Positions 9,068 through 18,239 of a DNA stretch of 64,000 nucleotides are shown piece after piece. Below the pieces are notes generated by a model. It was given only the letters and a program-made list of their open reading frames with translations. It searched no databases and was not told the origin of the DNA. A program made the position numbers and the translations under genes. The first letter of the stretch is position 1. Every line of letters starts with the position of its first letter. This DNA is from a virus: IMG/VR virus record IMGVR_UViG_3300032116_000013, positions 96,001 to 160,000 of that record. One strand, given 5' to 3'.

Positions 9068-10111
9068 ATGCGAATAGAATATGACGTGAAGTTGGATTAC
9101 AAAGATGTTTTGATTGTTCCTAAACGGTCAACTCTTTCTTCTCGAAGCCAAGTAAAGTTAGATAGAGCATTTGTATTTCGTAGCAGTAACAGTTGGTCAG
9201 GCGTACCAATTATTGCTGCTAATATGGATGGAGTCGGAACTCTTGAGATGGATCAGCAGTTCAGTGAACATAATTGTTTAGTTGCTGTCACTAAGCATTA
9301 CGACAGCGAAGTGTTGGGCGAGCACTTCAAGAAAAAGATGTCTAGCAGCATTTATTCTTTGGGCATTTCTGATACTGATTTGCAAAAGTTTCAGTTCGTT
9401 TATAGCGTTGCGCAGAATCCATACATGAGAGTTTGCGTTGACGTTGCCAATGGATACACGCAAAGTTTTGTTGATTTTATCAAACGATTTCGCGACAAGT
9501 ATCCGAATATTGTATTGATGGCTGGTAATGTTGTCACGCCAGAAATGACAGAAGAACTTATTCTTGCTGGTGTTGATATTGTGAAAGTCGGTATTGGTCC
9601 TGGTTCAGTTTGCACTACACGCAAGATGACAGGCATCGGCTACCCGCAGTTGAGTGCAGTTATAGAATGCGCTGACGCTGCTCATGGTCTCAAGGGTCAT
9701 ATTATAGCGGATGGAGGGTGTTCCGTTCCTGGAGACGTCGTGAAAGCATTTGCTGCGGGTGCCGATTTTGTGATGATCGGAGGTATGCTTGCTGGGCATA
9801 AAGAAGGATTGCCATCTGAATATAAAGATACTACTGAGGGCAAGTCACTAGTTGATTTCTATGGTATGAGTTCAAAGTCAGCGATGGATCTTCACAGTGG
9901 CGGAGTTGCCAATTATCGCGCCAGCGAAGGCAAACATGTAAAGATTCCATATCGTGGTGAGGTGAGCAGAACACTACAAGATATTCTTGGTGGTCTGCGT
10001 TCGGCATGTACTTATGTTGGAGCAAGTGAGTTGAAGGAATTGAGTAAGCGTGCAACATTTGTTCGCGTCACTCAGCAACTGAATAATTCCTTGAGTAATT
10101 ATGAGATCTAA
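9068..10111 (+). CDS. guaC: GMP reductase
   Basis: [39 protein letters not shown] and YRASEGK. Confidence 0.93.
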   Translation: MRIEYDVKLDYKDVLIVPKRSTLSSRSQVKLDRAFVFRSSNSWSGVPIIAANMDGVGTLEMDQQFSEHNCLVAVTKHYDSEVLGEHFKKKMSSSIYSLGISDTDLQKFQFVYSVAQNPYMRVCVDVANGYTQSFVDFIKRFRDKYPNIVLMAGNVVTPEMTEELILAGVDIVKVGIGPGSVCTTRKMTGIGYPQLSAVIECADAAHGLKGHIIADGGCSVPGDVVKAFAAGADFVMIGGMLAGHKEGLPSEYKDTTEGKSLVDFYGMSSKSAMDLHSGGVANYRASEGKHVKIPYRGEVSRTLQDILGGLRSACTYVGASELKELSKRATFVRVTQQLNNSLSNYEI

Positions 10112-10112
10112 T

Positions 10113-10334
10113 ATGGCAACTCGCGAAGAAAAAAATAACTTCTCCATGATGATCATGAATATGGCAATTGAAGAAAAGATTGATCATATGGATGCAATCA
10201 CTTCATACTGCGAACGTAACAATCTTGAGATTGAGGTTGCAGCAAGTTTGATCAATGACTCGCTGAAGAGCATCATTGAAGGCGAAGCAATGGAGTTGCG
10301 TTATTTGCCAAGAGGAAGCAGACTTCCGATATGA
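10113..10334 (+). CDS. 33: Late transcription coactivator gp33
   Basis: MDAITSYCERNNLEIEVAASLI..SLKSIIEGEA.EL..L; position before gp59 and gp32. Confidence 0.85.
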   Translation: MATREEKNNFSMMIMNMAIEEKIDHMDAITSYCERNNLEIEVAASLINDSLKSIIEGEAMELRYLPRGSRLPI

Positions 10335-10954
10335 ATGGTTACGATTTGTACGGTCTCTATCAAGCCATCAAATTACATTTCACTTCTGACAAATATAACT
10401 TCTTTCAATATGATGGCAAGACAAGAGTATCAATAGATGCATTCCAAAAAAGAAAAGACAAGTTTCTATTCCACCGTCTCGCGCGCAAGTACAGCGACGC
10501 TGACATGGTGCCATTTTTGGTTGCTAATTTTGTATACAGTGACAATCATTGGACCAAAAGTCTACTTGAAGAAGATGCTGATCAAGTATACAGGGATTGG
10601 AGAAGAACCACGGATTCGATGAGTAAGATCTATGAAGAAGATCTAACTCGCGTTTGCCCTGATTCAAAAGAATTCAATAAGTTATTTGAAGTTGAAGATG
10701 GACAGCATCCAAAACTGTTAGTTGCTTTTCTCCAAAAAGAAGTAACGATTGAGACTCTTGTGATTCTCAATAACATCTTCGACTTCATTCGTATCTGGGA
10801 CAAGAAGATTTCTGATGACATCGTTTATCCCAAGATTTCAAGAAAGGTTCGCAAATATGGTGCGTTTTTAAATGTAAACGTCGACAAGTACAAACTCTTG
10901 ACAAAAAAGATTTTACTTGGAGATGAGATTAATGTGTCGCAACATTCTAACTAA
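10331..10954 (+). CDS. 59: Helicase loader gp59
   Basis: YQAIKLHFTSDKYNFFQYDGK, FQKRKDKFLFHRL and IETLVIL. Confidence 0.9.
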   Translation: MNGYDLYGLYQAIKLHFTSDKYNFFQYDGKTRVSIDAFQKRKDKFLFHRLARKYSDADMVPFLVANFVYSDNHWTKSLLEEDADQVYRDWRRTTDSMSKIYEEDLTRVCPDSKEFNKLFEVEDGQHPKLLVAFLQKEVTIETLVILNNIFDFIRIWDKKISDDIVYPKISRKVRKYGAFLNVNVDKYKLLTKKILLGDEINVSQHSN

Positions 10955-10969
10955 ACCATAACAATTATT

Positions 10970-11566
10970 ATGCCATATTCTGCAAATACTTTTGATCATA
11001 TTCTACAAGAACATGTAATGCGTTTAAAGCCTATATCAATATTAGATGTTGGCGCTGGTGCAGGCAAAAACGGTAAACTTGTGCGTCAAACTGGTTATGA
11101 TTACCAACTAGATTGCTTAGAGCCAACTAACAATTATATATCTGAATACAATTTAACATCTATCTATAATACAGTCTATCCCTACAACATATCGCAATTT
11201 ATTGATAGCCTTTACAAATTTAATTATGATCTAGTTATATTTGGAGACGTGCTAGAACATTTATTTCGCAGTCAAGTGATTGATTATATCGACTATATTT
11301 TATACAAATGTAAGTGGGTAATAGTTATATGGCCAAATAATATGCCTCAAGATGACTATGGCAATAATCCTTATGAAATTCACAGGAGTAATTTTACTAT
11401 ACACGATCTTACTTCAAAATTTGATGTTCAATTTTACTTAAAAGATTTCGTGTATTATAATAATAACGATAGTAACTTATTAGAATCTTATATGAATTAT
11501 ACCTTGATCAAGGGTTACTTGACTCCGAAAAATGCATCAATATACAACTTTAGCACAGTAAGTTGA
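10970..11566 (+). CDS. Class I SAM-dependent methyltransferase
   Basis: ILDVGAGAG motif I and YDLVIFGDVLEHL; visibly AT-richer than its neighbours. Confidence 0.82.
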   Translation: MPYSANTFDHILQEHVMRLKPISILDVGAGAGKNGKLVRQTGYDYQLDCLEPTNNYISEYNLTSIYNTVYPYNISQFIDSLYKFNYDLVIFGDVLEHLFRSQVIDYIDYILYKCKWVIVIWPNNMPQDDYGNNPYEIHRSNFTIHDLTSKFDVQFYLKDFVYYNNNDSNLLESYMNYTLIKGYLTPKNASIYNFSTVS

Positions 11567-11602
11567 ATTGAATACAAAAAAATAAAATTGACATAAAAAT
11601 AC

Positions 11603-11631
11603 TTTACTTGGTGGCGAAAATACTATATAAT
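11603..11631 (+). promoter_or_regulatory. sigma70-type promoter of gene 32
   Basis: TTTACT, 17-nt spacer, TATAAT. Confidence 0.72.
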
Positions 11632-11699
11632 AATATGGTAATGCAAAAAGTGGACAAGTCGTTTATACAATTTATACATCGCAATACGGAGATATACAT

Positions 11700-12599
11700 A
11701 TGAGTCTAGCAAGTCTAAAGAAGGGTTCATCCCTTGATAAGTTGAAGAAGGCAGTCGAGCAGTCTTCATCAGGTGGCAATAATAAGTCAAGCGCAGATGA
11801 TCGCTTTTGGTCCCCAGAAGTTGATGCGTCTGGCAATGGATACGCAGTTATCCGTTTCCTCGATACCCCAGCAGTTGATGGTGAAGATGGTCTTCCTTGG
11901 ATCCAGATTTGGAATCATGGTTTCCAGGGACCAGGCGGTTGGTACATCGAGAATTCTTTGACCACCATCGGTAAGAACGATCCAGTGTCTGAGTACAATT
12001 CAGTTCTTTGGAATAGTGGCATTGAAGCCAACAAGGAAATCGCTCGCAAGCAGAAACGTCGATTGTCCTACATCAGCAACATTCTTGTTGTCTCTGATCC
12101 GAAGCGTCCGCAAAACGAAGGTAAGGTTTTCCTCTTCAAGTTTGGAAAGAAGATCTTCGAGAAACTCAAGGCGCAACTCGAACCAGAGTTTCAGGATGAG
12201 ACACCGATGAATCCGTTCGATTTCTGGAAGGGTGCAAACTTCAAGTTGAAGATTCGCAACTACGAAGGTTATCGTAACTATGATAAGTCGGAGTTTGAGG
12301 CTCCTTCTGCTTTGTTCAACGGTGACGACGCTCAGATCGAAAAGGTCTGGAAGTCTGCCTTTTCACTCAAGGAATTTTTGAAGCCTGAGAACTTCAAGTC
12401 TTATGATGAACTCAAGGCGAAGTTGGATAAGGTTCTTGGTGCTGGCGGAAGTGCCGCTGCAAGCGCAAAGCGAATTGACGATGAACAGGTTGCTGCTCCT
12501 GTCGTTCGTTCTGCTCCTGCCAAGAAGGTCACTGCTGAAGAAGTCAGCGTCTCTGATGATGACGATATGGCTTTCTTTGAGAAGTTGGCTGCAGAGTAA
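11700..12599 (+). CDS. 32: Single-stranded DNA-binding protein gp32
   Basis: DDRFW, GNGYAVIRFL, YIENSLTT, FKFGKKIF, NPFDFWKGANFKLKI, NYDKSEF and an acidic tail. Confidence 0.97.
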   Translation: MSLASLKKGSSLDKLKKAVEQSSSGGNNKSSADDRFWSPEVDASGNGYAVIRFLDTPAVDGEDGLPWIQIWNHGFQGPGGWYIENSLTTIGKNDPVSEYNSVLWNSGIEANKEIARKQKRRLSYISNILVVSDPKRPQNEGKVFLFKFGKKIFEKLKAQLEPEFQDETPMNPFDFWKGANFKLKIRNYEGYRNYDKSEFEAPSALFNGDDAQIEKVWKSAFSLKEFLKPENFKSYDELKAKLDKVLGAGGSAAASAKRIDDEQVAAPVVRSAPAKKVTAEEVSVSDDDDMAFFEKLAAE

Positions 12600-12627
12600 T
12601 TCGATTCAGAAAACTAAATTGTTTTCG

Positions 12628-12651
12628 GGGGGACTTCGGTCCCCCTTTTTT
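12628..12651 (+). terminator. Rho-independent terminator with cUUCGg loop
   Basis: GGGGGAC-TTCG-GTCCCCC-TTTTTT. Confidence 0.92.
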
Positions 12652-15401
12652 CATCCATATGCTAAAGTTGGATCTGACGCAGAAGGTTTTTCTATTTGAT
12701 TAATTTGATTTTCTCTTAACTCTATAACTTGTCTAGTTAAAAAGTTAACTCTTTTATCAATATTTTGACCAACCATCAAAGCAGCCAATGCTGTTTTTTG
12801 AGCATTATCAACATTTAATTGAGAAACGCTGTCTTCACCTAGTGCAATAGATTCTTCTTGTTTAGACATTACTGTAGATTCTCTAGGTAAAGTTGACATA
12901 ACTCCTAAAGCCTTTTCAATATATGATCTATTAAAATCTGCTGTTTGACCGAATGCATCAGCAAACATAGAAGGTTGCACTTTTACATCATTTGCTCTTG
13001 CTGCTAGTTCATCTACTGTTATGTTTCCATCCCCATCTAAATCTAATTTATCATTTAATTCATAAGCCTTAGTTCCTGAGGATATTAGAACATTGGAACC
13101 TTTTTGAGCAGCCGCAGGCTGTAAAACATATGCGTAGATAGTTCCTAAATCTGATCCCACTGGAAGACCCCATTTATCAAAATACTTTTCAACCCATTTC
13201 ATTTGCTCTGCTGCAGATAAACTGCCTAAAACTCCAGTTGAACCGCCTTTATCTTTTGGTTTTCCTATTGCTCCAGGAACACCTAAATCTGCTGCAGTAA
13301 TTGGCATAAACTGAATCAATCCAGTAGCACCAGTGACATTATTTTCTGCTTTAGGATCAATTGCGCTTTCTTTGTACATAACCTTTAATAAATCAGCAGG
13401 ATCAATCATGAATTTCTCAGAAACTCGCATAACTTCACTAGCAAAAGCAGAATCTTCACCTAGAACCTTGTTCACCCTTTCTTTATCGGTTGTTCTAGCA
13501 CTAATAGTGGCTATTTGCTCTTTTGTTAGATTATAATTTGTTGCAAATGGGTCAAATTCTTTCGACAATTCTTCTTGGGTTGGTTCTGGTGGTAATACAA
13601 TCCCACTCATCCATCCGAATATTTTTTCAGATACAGCCATGGATTCATCGTTTAAAAATAAACTTGCTATAGTACCGCCGCCAAGTCCAGCAAAAAATCC
13701 AGCAGGACCACCAAACACACCACCTACGGCTGCAGCCAACCCACTAACTCCTATTGTTTGAACGAAAGTGTTTATTCCACTTATCATTGTTTCTTTGTAT
13801 TGAGTAGGGCTAATTACACCATTTTTGTATTGTTCGATTGCAGTGCTCATGCTGATTATGGCAGGAACTAAAAGCAATCCGCCAACTGCAGCCGTTTTAG
13901 TATATCCCATAAATCGATTTCTTTTTACAAATAGTTCTAATTGTATTAATGCCTTAGTAACTTTCAAAGGCACAACTCTTTGAGTGAATTTGTAAGTAGA
14001 ACCAGTTGTTGTTGCTTTAGGCGCAGCGCCAATAGGGGTTTGCCCTTTGGGCGACTTTACAAACTTTCCGCTTATCGGATCTTTGAATCTTTGGGAAATA
14101 GGATCAAAAACTGGAGTTATCCACATTTTTCTTTTAGCGTCCCAAACTCTACCGCCGATTATAGTACCACTTAAAGTAGCATTATTAGCAATACCAGTCA
14201 TTGATGCACCAGGCGCTGCAGCGGCTGGTACTGCCTCTGGGCGAACTGCAGTTGCTGCTAAAGGTGGAAGTCTTACTTGAGATGCAAGAGCACCACCACC
14301 AGGAATAGAACCCAATACTTTAGGTAACAATTTTCTGAGATATCTATTTCTCCCAGCAAAAACGGCAAATTTTCCAGCACTAGAAATAGCAGTGTATGCT
14401 ACCAATCCTGCCAATACTTCATCTATTTCTTTGAGTGGAGTTTCAATCAGATAATTTACTGACTTTTTAAATTCTATTTGCTGCTGTCTTAAATAGTATT
14501 CCTGCGTGCCAACGATTTCTTTATTTTTATATTGATCTTTGTCTTCTAATTCAAATCCTACCCCGCCCTCCATTCTTCTACCAATTCTTCCAGCCAACGA
14601 TTTTGCAGGTTCTATTAATAGACCTACGGTAAACGCTTTTCCTAGAATAGGAATTGCAGACTTTATAACTTTTCTAGTTACTTCAGCAGAAATCGCGCCA
14701 GCGGCAGTTGCTGCTGCACCACCAGCAGCTAACAGTTTGTTTCCGCCCATCACTCCTGCGCCTACGGCAGTCAAACCTGCTCCAGCTAACGAAACTGCAA
14801 CTATGGATTTAACCATTTTTTTGAGTTTTTCGTTTTCTTTTTCTCTTCTTTCTTTGGCTTCTTTTATTCTTGGGTCAACATAATATGGATCTGCAGGAGC
14901 CTTCATAGATTTGAGCATTTCAATTTCTTTGTTTATTGCTTCAATTCTACCTTTGACTGATCTTGATGATAGAGGTGCTCTAGGGGCTGTTATTTTTCCG
15001 CTTTGAGTTAATACATTGAACTTTCTTTGCCCTTTGAAATATCCAAGATCGCTCATAATTGTATTAATCAGGGCTGTATTTTTTTCTGAAACAGCAGTTA
15101 AAATTGTTACTTGATTAGACAATGTTTTAATAGAGCCAGTGACGTAACTTTTGAATTTCTCATTTTGAGCCTCAATAGCCATGTCACTTTTCATCTGTCT
15201 TTCTTGATCAACTTTATTTGCATATCTCATCAAGGCTATTTGCTTTAGCGTCTGAGATCGAGTTAAAGTTGCAGCCATGCCCAAAACAGAAAATCTTGCC
15301 ATGACATTCTGTTTGACTGATTCTCTCATCAATCTGGTGATTGATGCACCGCGCATAGACTGCATCATCATCAAATTAACTGCTACGTCTCTTAAAGCCA
15401 T
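12651..15401 (-). CDS. Tape measure / gp29-equivalent with C-terminal lytic transglycosylase (SLT) domain
   Basis: Long Ala/Gly-rich helical protein directly after gp51; LLKVMYKESAIDPKA...GATGLIQFMP SLT motif. Confidence 0.75.
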   Translation of the reverse strand: MALRDVAVNLMMMQSMRGASITRLMRESVKQNVMARFSVLGMAATLTRSQTLKQIALMRYANKVDQERQMKSDMAIEAQNEKFKSYVTGSIKTLSNQVTILTAVSEKNTALINTIMSDLGYFKGQRKFNVLTQSGKITAPRAPLSSRSVKGRIEAINKEIEMLKSMKAPADPYYVDPRIKEAKERREKENEKLKKMVKSIVAVSLAGAGLTAVGAGVMGGNKLLAAGGAAATAAGAISAEVTRKVIKSAIPILGKAFTVGLLIEPAKSLAGRIGRRMEGGVGFELEDKDQYKNKEIVGTQEYYLRQQQIEFKKSVNYLIETPLKEIDEVLAGLVAYTAISSAGKFAVFAGRNRYLRKLLPKVLGSIPGGGALASQVRLPPLAATAVRPEAVPAAAAPGASMTGIANNATLSGTIIGGRVWDAKRKMWITPVFDPISQRFKDPISGKFVKSPKGQTPIGAAPKATTTGSTYKFTQRVVPLKVTKALIQLELFVKRNRFMGYTKTAAVGGLLLVPAIISMSTAIEQYKNGVISPTQYKETMISGINTFVQTIGVSGLAAAVGGVFGGPAGFFAGLGGGTIASLFLNDESMAVSEKIFGWMSGIVLPPEPTQEELSKEFDPFATNYNLTKEQIATISARTTDKERVNKVLGEDSAFASEVMRVSEKFMIDPADLLKVMYKESAIDPKAENNVTGATGLIQFMPITAADLGVPGAIGKPKDKGGSTGVLGSLSAAEQMKWVEKYFDKWGLPVGSDLGTIYAYVLQPAAAQKGSNVLISSGTKAYELNDKLDLDGDGNITVDELAARANDVKVQPSMFADAFGQTADFNRSYIEKALGVMSTLPRESTVMSKQEESIALGEDSVSQLNVDNAQKTALAALMVGQNIDKRVNFLTRQVIELRENQINQIEKPSASDPTLAYG

Positions 15402-15599
15402 TTATCTTTTTCTTTTAGTTTTGGTTTTAGAAATTAGGGCATTCATTTTAGATTCTTGTTCCATTCGCTTCTGTTTAACTTTCTCAGACTCTTCTTTAAC
15501 CCAACTGTTCACCATTCCAATGTACGTATCTCGTTCCCATGGAATCATATTTTCTAATTCAGTCAATGTGTATTTGTACTGATGAACTAGAGTAAACAT
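15402..15599 (-). CDS. 51: Baseplate hub assembly protein gp51; frame stays open upstream to the slippery site at 15650
   Basis: KYTLTELENMIPWERDTYI motif. Confidence 0.85.
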   Translation of the reverse strand: MFTLVHQYKYTLTELENMIPWERDTYIGMVNSWVKEESEKVKQKRMEQESKMNALISKTKTKRKR

Positions 15600-15601
15600 G
15601 T

Positions 15602-15665
15602 TTCCGTAATAATTCTTTAAAGAACCATCACGGAAGGTTAGGTAAAAAAATCGTTGAGTCCCTCC
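15602..15665 (-). promoter_or_regulatory. Putative programmed -1 ribosomal frameshift signal (gp26 to gp51)
   Basis: GGAGGG (15665-15660), 9 nt, T_TTT_TTT (15650-15644), 8 nt, then a 15-bp hairpin (15635-15602). Confidence 0.75.
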
Positions 15666-16393
15666 AGATGCAATTGATGTTTAAATCCGCATTTCTGACA
15701 ATCATGTTCTTTGTCATATGATATAGTTGGAAGGCTCTCAAAAAATTCTGTGATCTTTAAAAATTGTTCTTGAGTTAAACTTTCAAAGAACGTATAGAAT
15801 TCTTCAACAGGCGTTTCGTTTTTATAATACACTTCTTTAGCATCAAAAATATATTCAGTGCAATCATAAATGAGGTCAAAAACTTCCTTATTGCCGTCTG
15901 ATAAAATCATGCTTTCGATAGATTTATAATTGGATAGATTTGGGAATTTTAGTTGAATTCCTATGTCTTTAGTTAGATAAATTCTGGTTGGTAGATTTTC
16001 AATGGCTGGTTTGATTTCCAGAAGATTTACGCTGACTGGCATCATGTGCATACAGTAGTCATCTTCTTCAACGCCTTCCTCGTTAGTCTTTTTTCCAACT
16101 ACGTTTCTGCAAACAAAGTATGTTTCTACTTTTTCGCCTATAGATCTTGCTCTTATGTTTAAAAACAAATACTCAATATCGAAGATTGGAATCTTATCAA
16201 TATCCATCTCGTCGATAATACAATTATTGACTACTTGTTTGATTGTTTTTAAAATATCTTCTTCTTTACCAGACTGTAGTGCCATCAAAAGAAGTTTTTC
16301 TTCTTTGACGAGAAATGGTCTGAATTTAATAGGAGTTTCGTGGGAAACAAGTTTCAATTCAAATATAGGTAAATCAATTTTAGGTAATGGCAT
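15638..16393 (-). CDS. 26: Baseplate hub assembly protein gp26
   Basis: MPLPKIDLP.FEL, FRPFLVKEEKLLLMA, FDIEYLFLNIRARSIGE and C-terminal CQKC...LEGLNDFF. Confidence 0.92.
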   Translation of the reverse strand: MPLPKIDLPIFELKLVSHETPIKFRPFLVKEEKLLLMALQSGKEEDILKTIKQVVNNCIIDEMDIDKIPIFDIEYLFLNIRARSIGEKVETYFVCRNVVGKKTNEEGVEEDDYCMHMMPVSVNLLEIKPAIENLPTRIYLTKDIGIQLKFPNLSNYKSIESMILSDGNKEVFDLIYDCTEYIFDAKEVYYKNETPVEEFYTFFESLTQEQFLKITEFFESLPTISYDKEHDCQKCGFKHQLHLEGLNDFFT

Positions 16394-16407
16394 ATAATAA
16401 CCTCAAG

Positions 16408-17196
16408 TTATCCCAATCCAGCAGTGTTATTCCAAATCATATCTATTATCGACTCAGTAGATTCATCAACTGCAGATCTAGAAGGAGCAGTAGTATATCT
16501 ACCATCATTAATTTTAAAATGTTCATAAGCCCAAACAACTGTAACTCTATGGAATCCATCATCACTCCAGTTTGATTGCATAGAAGTAACATTTACTGGA
16601 TATGCATTTTCTAGTTTTACCGAATAGTAAACATTTCGTTTTTCATTTGTATTGGCTAAAGAATTAACTCTGTTGACAAAAGTTTGTCCTAAGTCTACTG
16701 CTTTGAATACTTTAGAAGATTCAAACAGTTTAGCATTAATTTTGTCAACACTATTTAAAAATGCAGATAGTCCGCCGAAAATTTTATTTCTTCCGTATGG
16801 AATATCTGAAAATTGTAGCAATTCTATATCAGCAACAGTCTCGTCAAAGTACCAGTTTCTTGTAGTTGGAAGTCCTGCAGAACCTCCACCAAAACACGTT
16901 TCTACCCAAGAATTAAAAAAGTCATAGACTGGGATATTAGTATTATGGACAAATGTTGTGGTTATTTCATTATCTTCTCTGGAATAACCAACTCTGATTT
17001 TATTTCTGCCTGGTATTTTATAGTCTACCGTCTGTACTGTTTTTCCAGGAAACTCTACAGATTCGCATAGAGTCATAAACTCTCTCATATCAAAAGTTCC
17101 TTGCTCGATAAATGGAACGACTGGTATTCTCACTAAAAATTGCGAAGACTTCAAGAAGTCCTGCGACATAAACTTTTGCAGTGAAGGTGTTTCCAT
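16408..17196 (-). CDS. Tail-tube-fold protein, probable gp54 tail tube initiator
   Basis: CESVEFPGK, FFNSW, LENAYPVNVTSMQSNW and VTVVWAYEHF. Confidence 0.7.
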   Translation of the reverse strand: METPSLQKFMSQDFLKSSQFLVRIPVVPFIEQGTFDMREFMTLCESVEFPGKTVQTVDYKIPGRNKIRVGYSREDNEITTTFVHNTNIPVYDFFNSWVETCFGGGSAGLPTTRNWYFDETVADIELLQFSDIPYGRNKIFGGLSAFLNSVDKINAKLFESSKVFKAVDLGQTFVNRVNSLANTNEKRNVYYSVKLENAYPVNVTSMQSNWSDDGFHRVTVVWAYEHFKINDGRYTTAPSRSAVDESTESIIDMIWNNTAGLG

Positions 17197-17224
17197 TTAA
17201 CTTGAATCTCCGAAGGCTAATCTA

Positions 17225-17232
17225 TATTTATT
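17225..17232 (-). promoter_or_regulatory. T4-type late promoter (AATAAATA)
   Basis: Intergenic near-consensus TATAAATA upstream of the gp54-like gene. Confidence 0.6.
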
Positions 17233-17235
17233 GAG

Positions 17236-17781
17236 TTAATTATAGATAAACTTTTCTGTTGGAAGGAATATGGCTGACTCCCATTGGTCTGGTTCAACGT
17301 AGATAATTGAAGACCTGATGTGCTGGAATAAGTATCTTTTTGTACACTGTTCTATCATATTGTATCTTCTGGACTTCGACAAAAGGTCATAGGATAGATT
17401 AAACTTGGTTGTATCGTCGTATTTGGTATTGTTTATGAAGTCATGGAGCCTGTCCAGCAAAACCAATCTGGTGTATGGATCCAAATAATGGAGATTCAGA
17501 CCTAGAAATCCATTGTCATAGGTGTTGACTGGTATGACTAGCGGGAATTTATCCCAAACTGGTAGAGTTTCTTTGTATTTTGGGTCATAGTGGTAGAAAT
17601 ACATTCTACCGATAAACATCTTAGACGTAACTCTCTTGGCGTCATTTAGGACGTTCGATCTATTGGATGGCATTTTAAGACTATAGAGTTTCTCTCCTAG
17701 CCAATTTCTAGCGGCTTGGGTTCTTGGGCGAATCCCAGCGGCTGTCATTTCTTTACTCAATTTATCAAATAGAGATGGCAT
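17236..17781 (-). CDS. 2: DNA end protector protein gp2
   Basis: GRMYFYHYDPKYKETLPVWDKFPLVI, GFLGLNLHYL and KRYLFQHI. Confidence 0.9.
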   Translation of the reverse strand: MPSLFDKLSKEMTAAGIRPRTQAARNWLGEKLYSLKMPSNRSNVLNDAKRVTSKMFIGRMYFYHYDPKYKETLPVWDKFPLVIPVNTYDNGFLGLNLHYLDPYTRLVLLDRLHDFINNTKYDDTTKFNLSYDLLSKSRRYNMIEQCTKRYLFQHIRSSIIYVEPDQWESAIFLPTEKFIYN

Positions 17782-18215
17782 TAGATACCTAATTCCTTTT
17801 CAGTTACAAGTTTAAATGTCCAATTTCGGTCTTTACAGTACTCGTCAGCGGCTTTCCATTTAGCCTCATTTATACCATAAGTTGCGACTTCTTTGATATA
17901 TTGTCTGGTTACTCGTTTTTTAGTTTGAGGTGCAACTGTTTGTTTGGAGGGTTTAATCTCTATAATTATGGTTTCGACCACTCCAGCCCTGTTTTTAACC
18001 TTCACTAGAAAATCTGGGAAATAACGATGCCAACGATTGTCAACTGGGGATAAATATGGTATGATTATTTCTTCACTAGACCAATGTAACACGTTTTGGT
18101 CACAGTCCAGATGCACCATGACTCGACGCTCCCACAAACTTCTATACCATATGTTCGTAGGGTCGCCTAAATATTTATTAGGGTTTTTAGGACTAAATTT
18201 TCCGCTGTACGCCAT
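17781..18215 (-). CDS. 4: Head completion nuclease gp4
   Basis: YSGKFSPKNPNKYLGDPTNIWYRSLWE, YFPDF, IEIKP and NEAKWKAA. Confidence 0.95.
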   Translation of the reverse strand: MAYSGKFSPKNPNKYLGDPTNIWYRSLWERRVMVHLDCDQNVLHWSSEEIIIPYLSPVDNRWHRYFPDFLVKVKNRAGVVETIIIEIKPSKQTVAPQTKKRVTRQYIKEVATYGINEAKWKAADEYCKDRNWTFKLVTEKELGI

Positions 18216-18219
18216 CAAC

Positions 18220-18227
18220 TATTTATA
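18220..18227 (-). promoter_or_regulatory. T4 late promoter TATAAATA
   Basis: Exact consensus on the minus strand, 4 nt before the gp4 ATG. Confidence 0.8.
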
Positions 18228-18239
18228 GAGAAATCATAG

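Larger units (their letters stand above)
10898..11631 (+). repeat. Imperfect direct repeats (10898-10930 and 11588-11630) flanking the methyltransferase gene
   Basis: TTGACA-AAAAAGAT-TTTACTTGG versus TTGACA-TAAAAATAC-TTTACTTGG. Confidence 0.6.
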
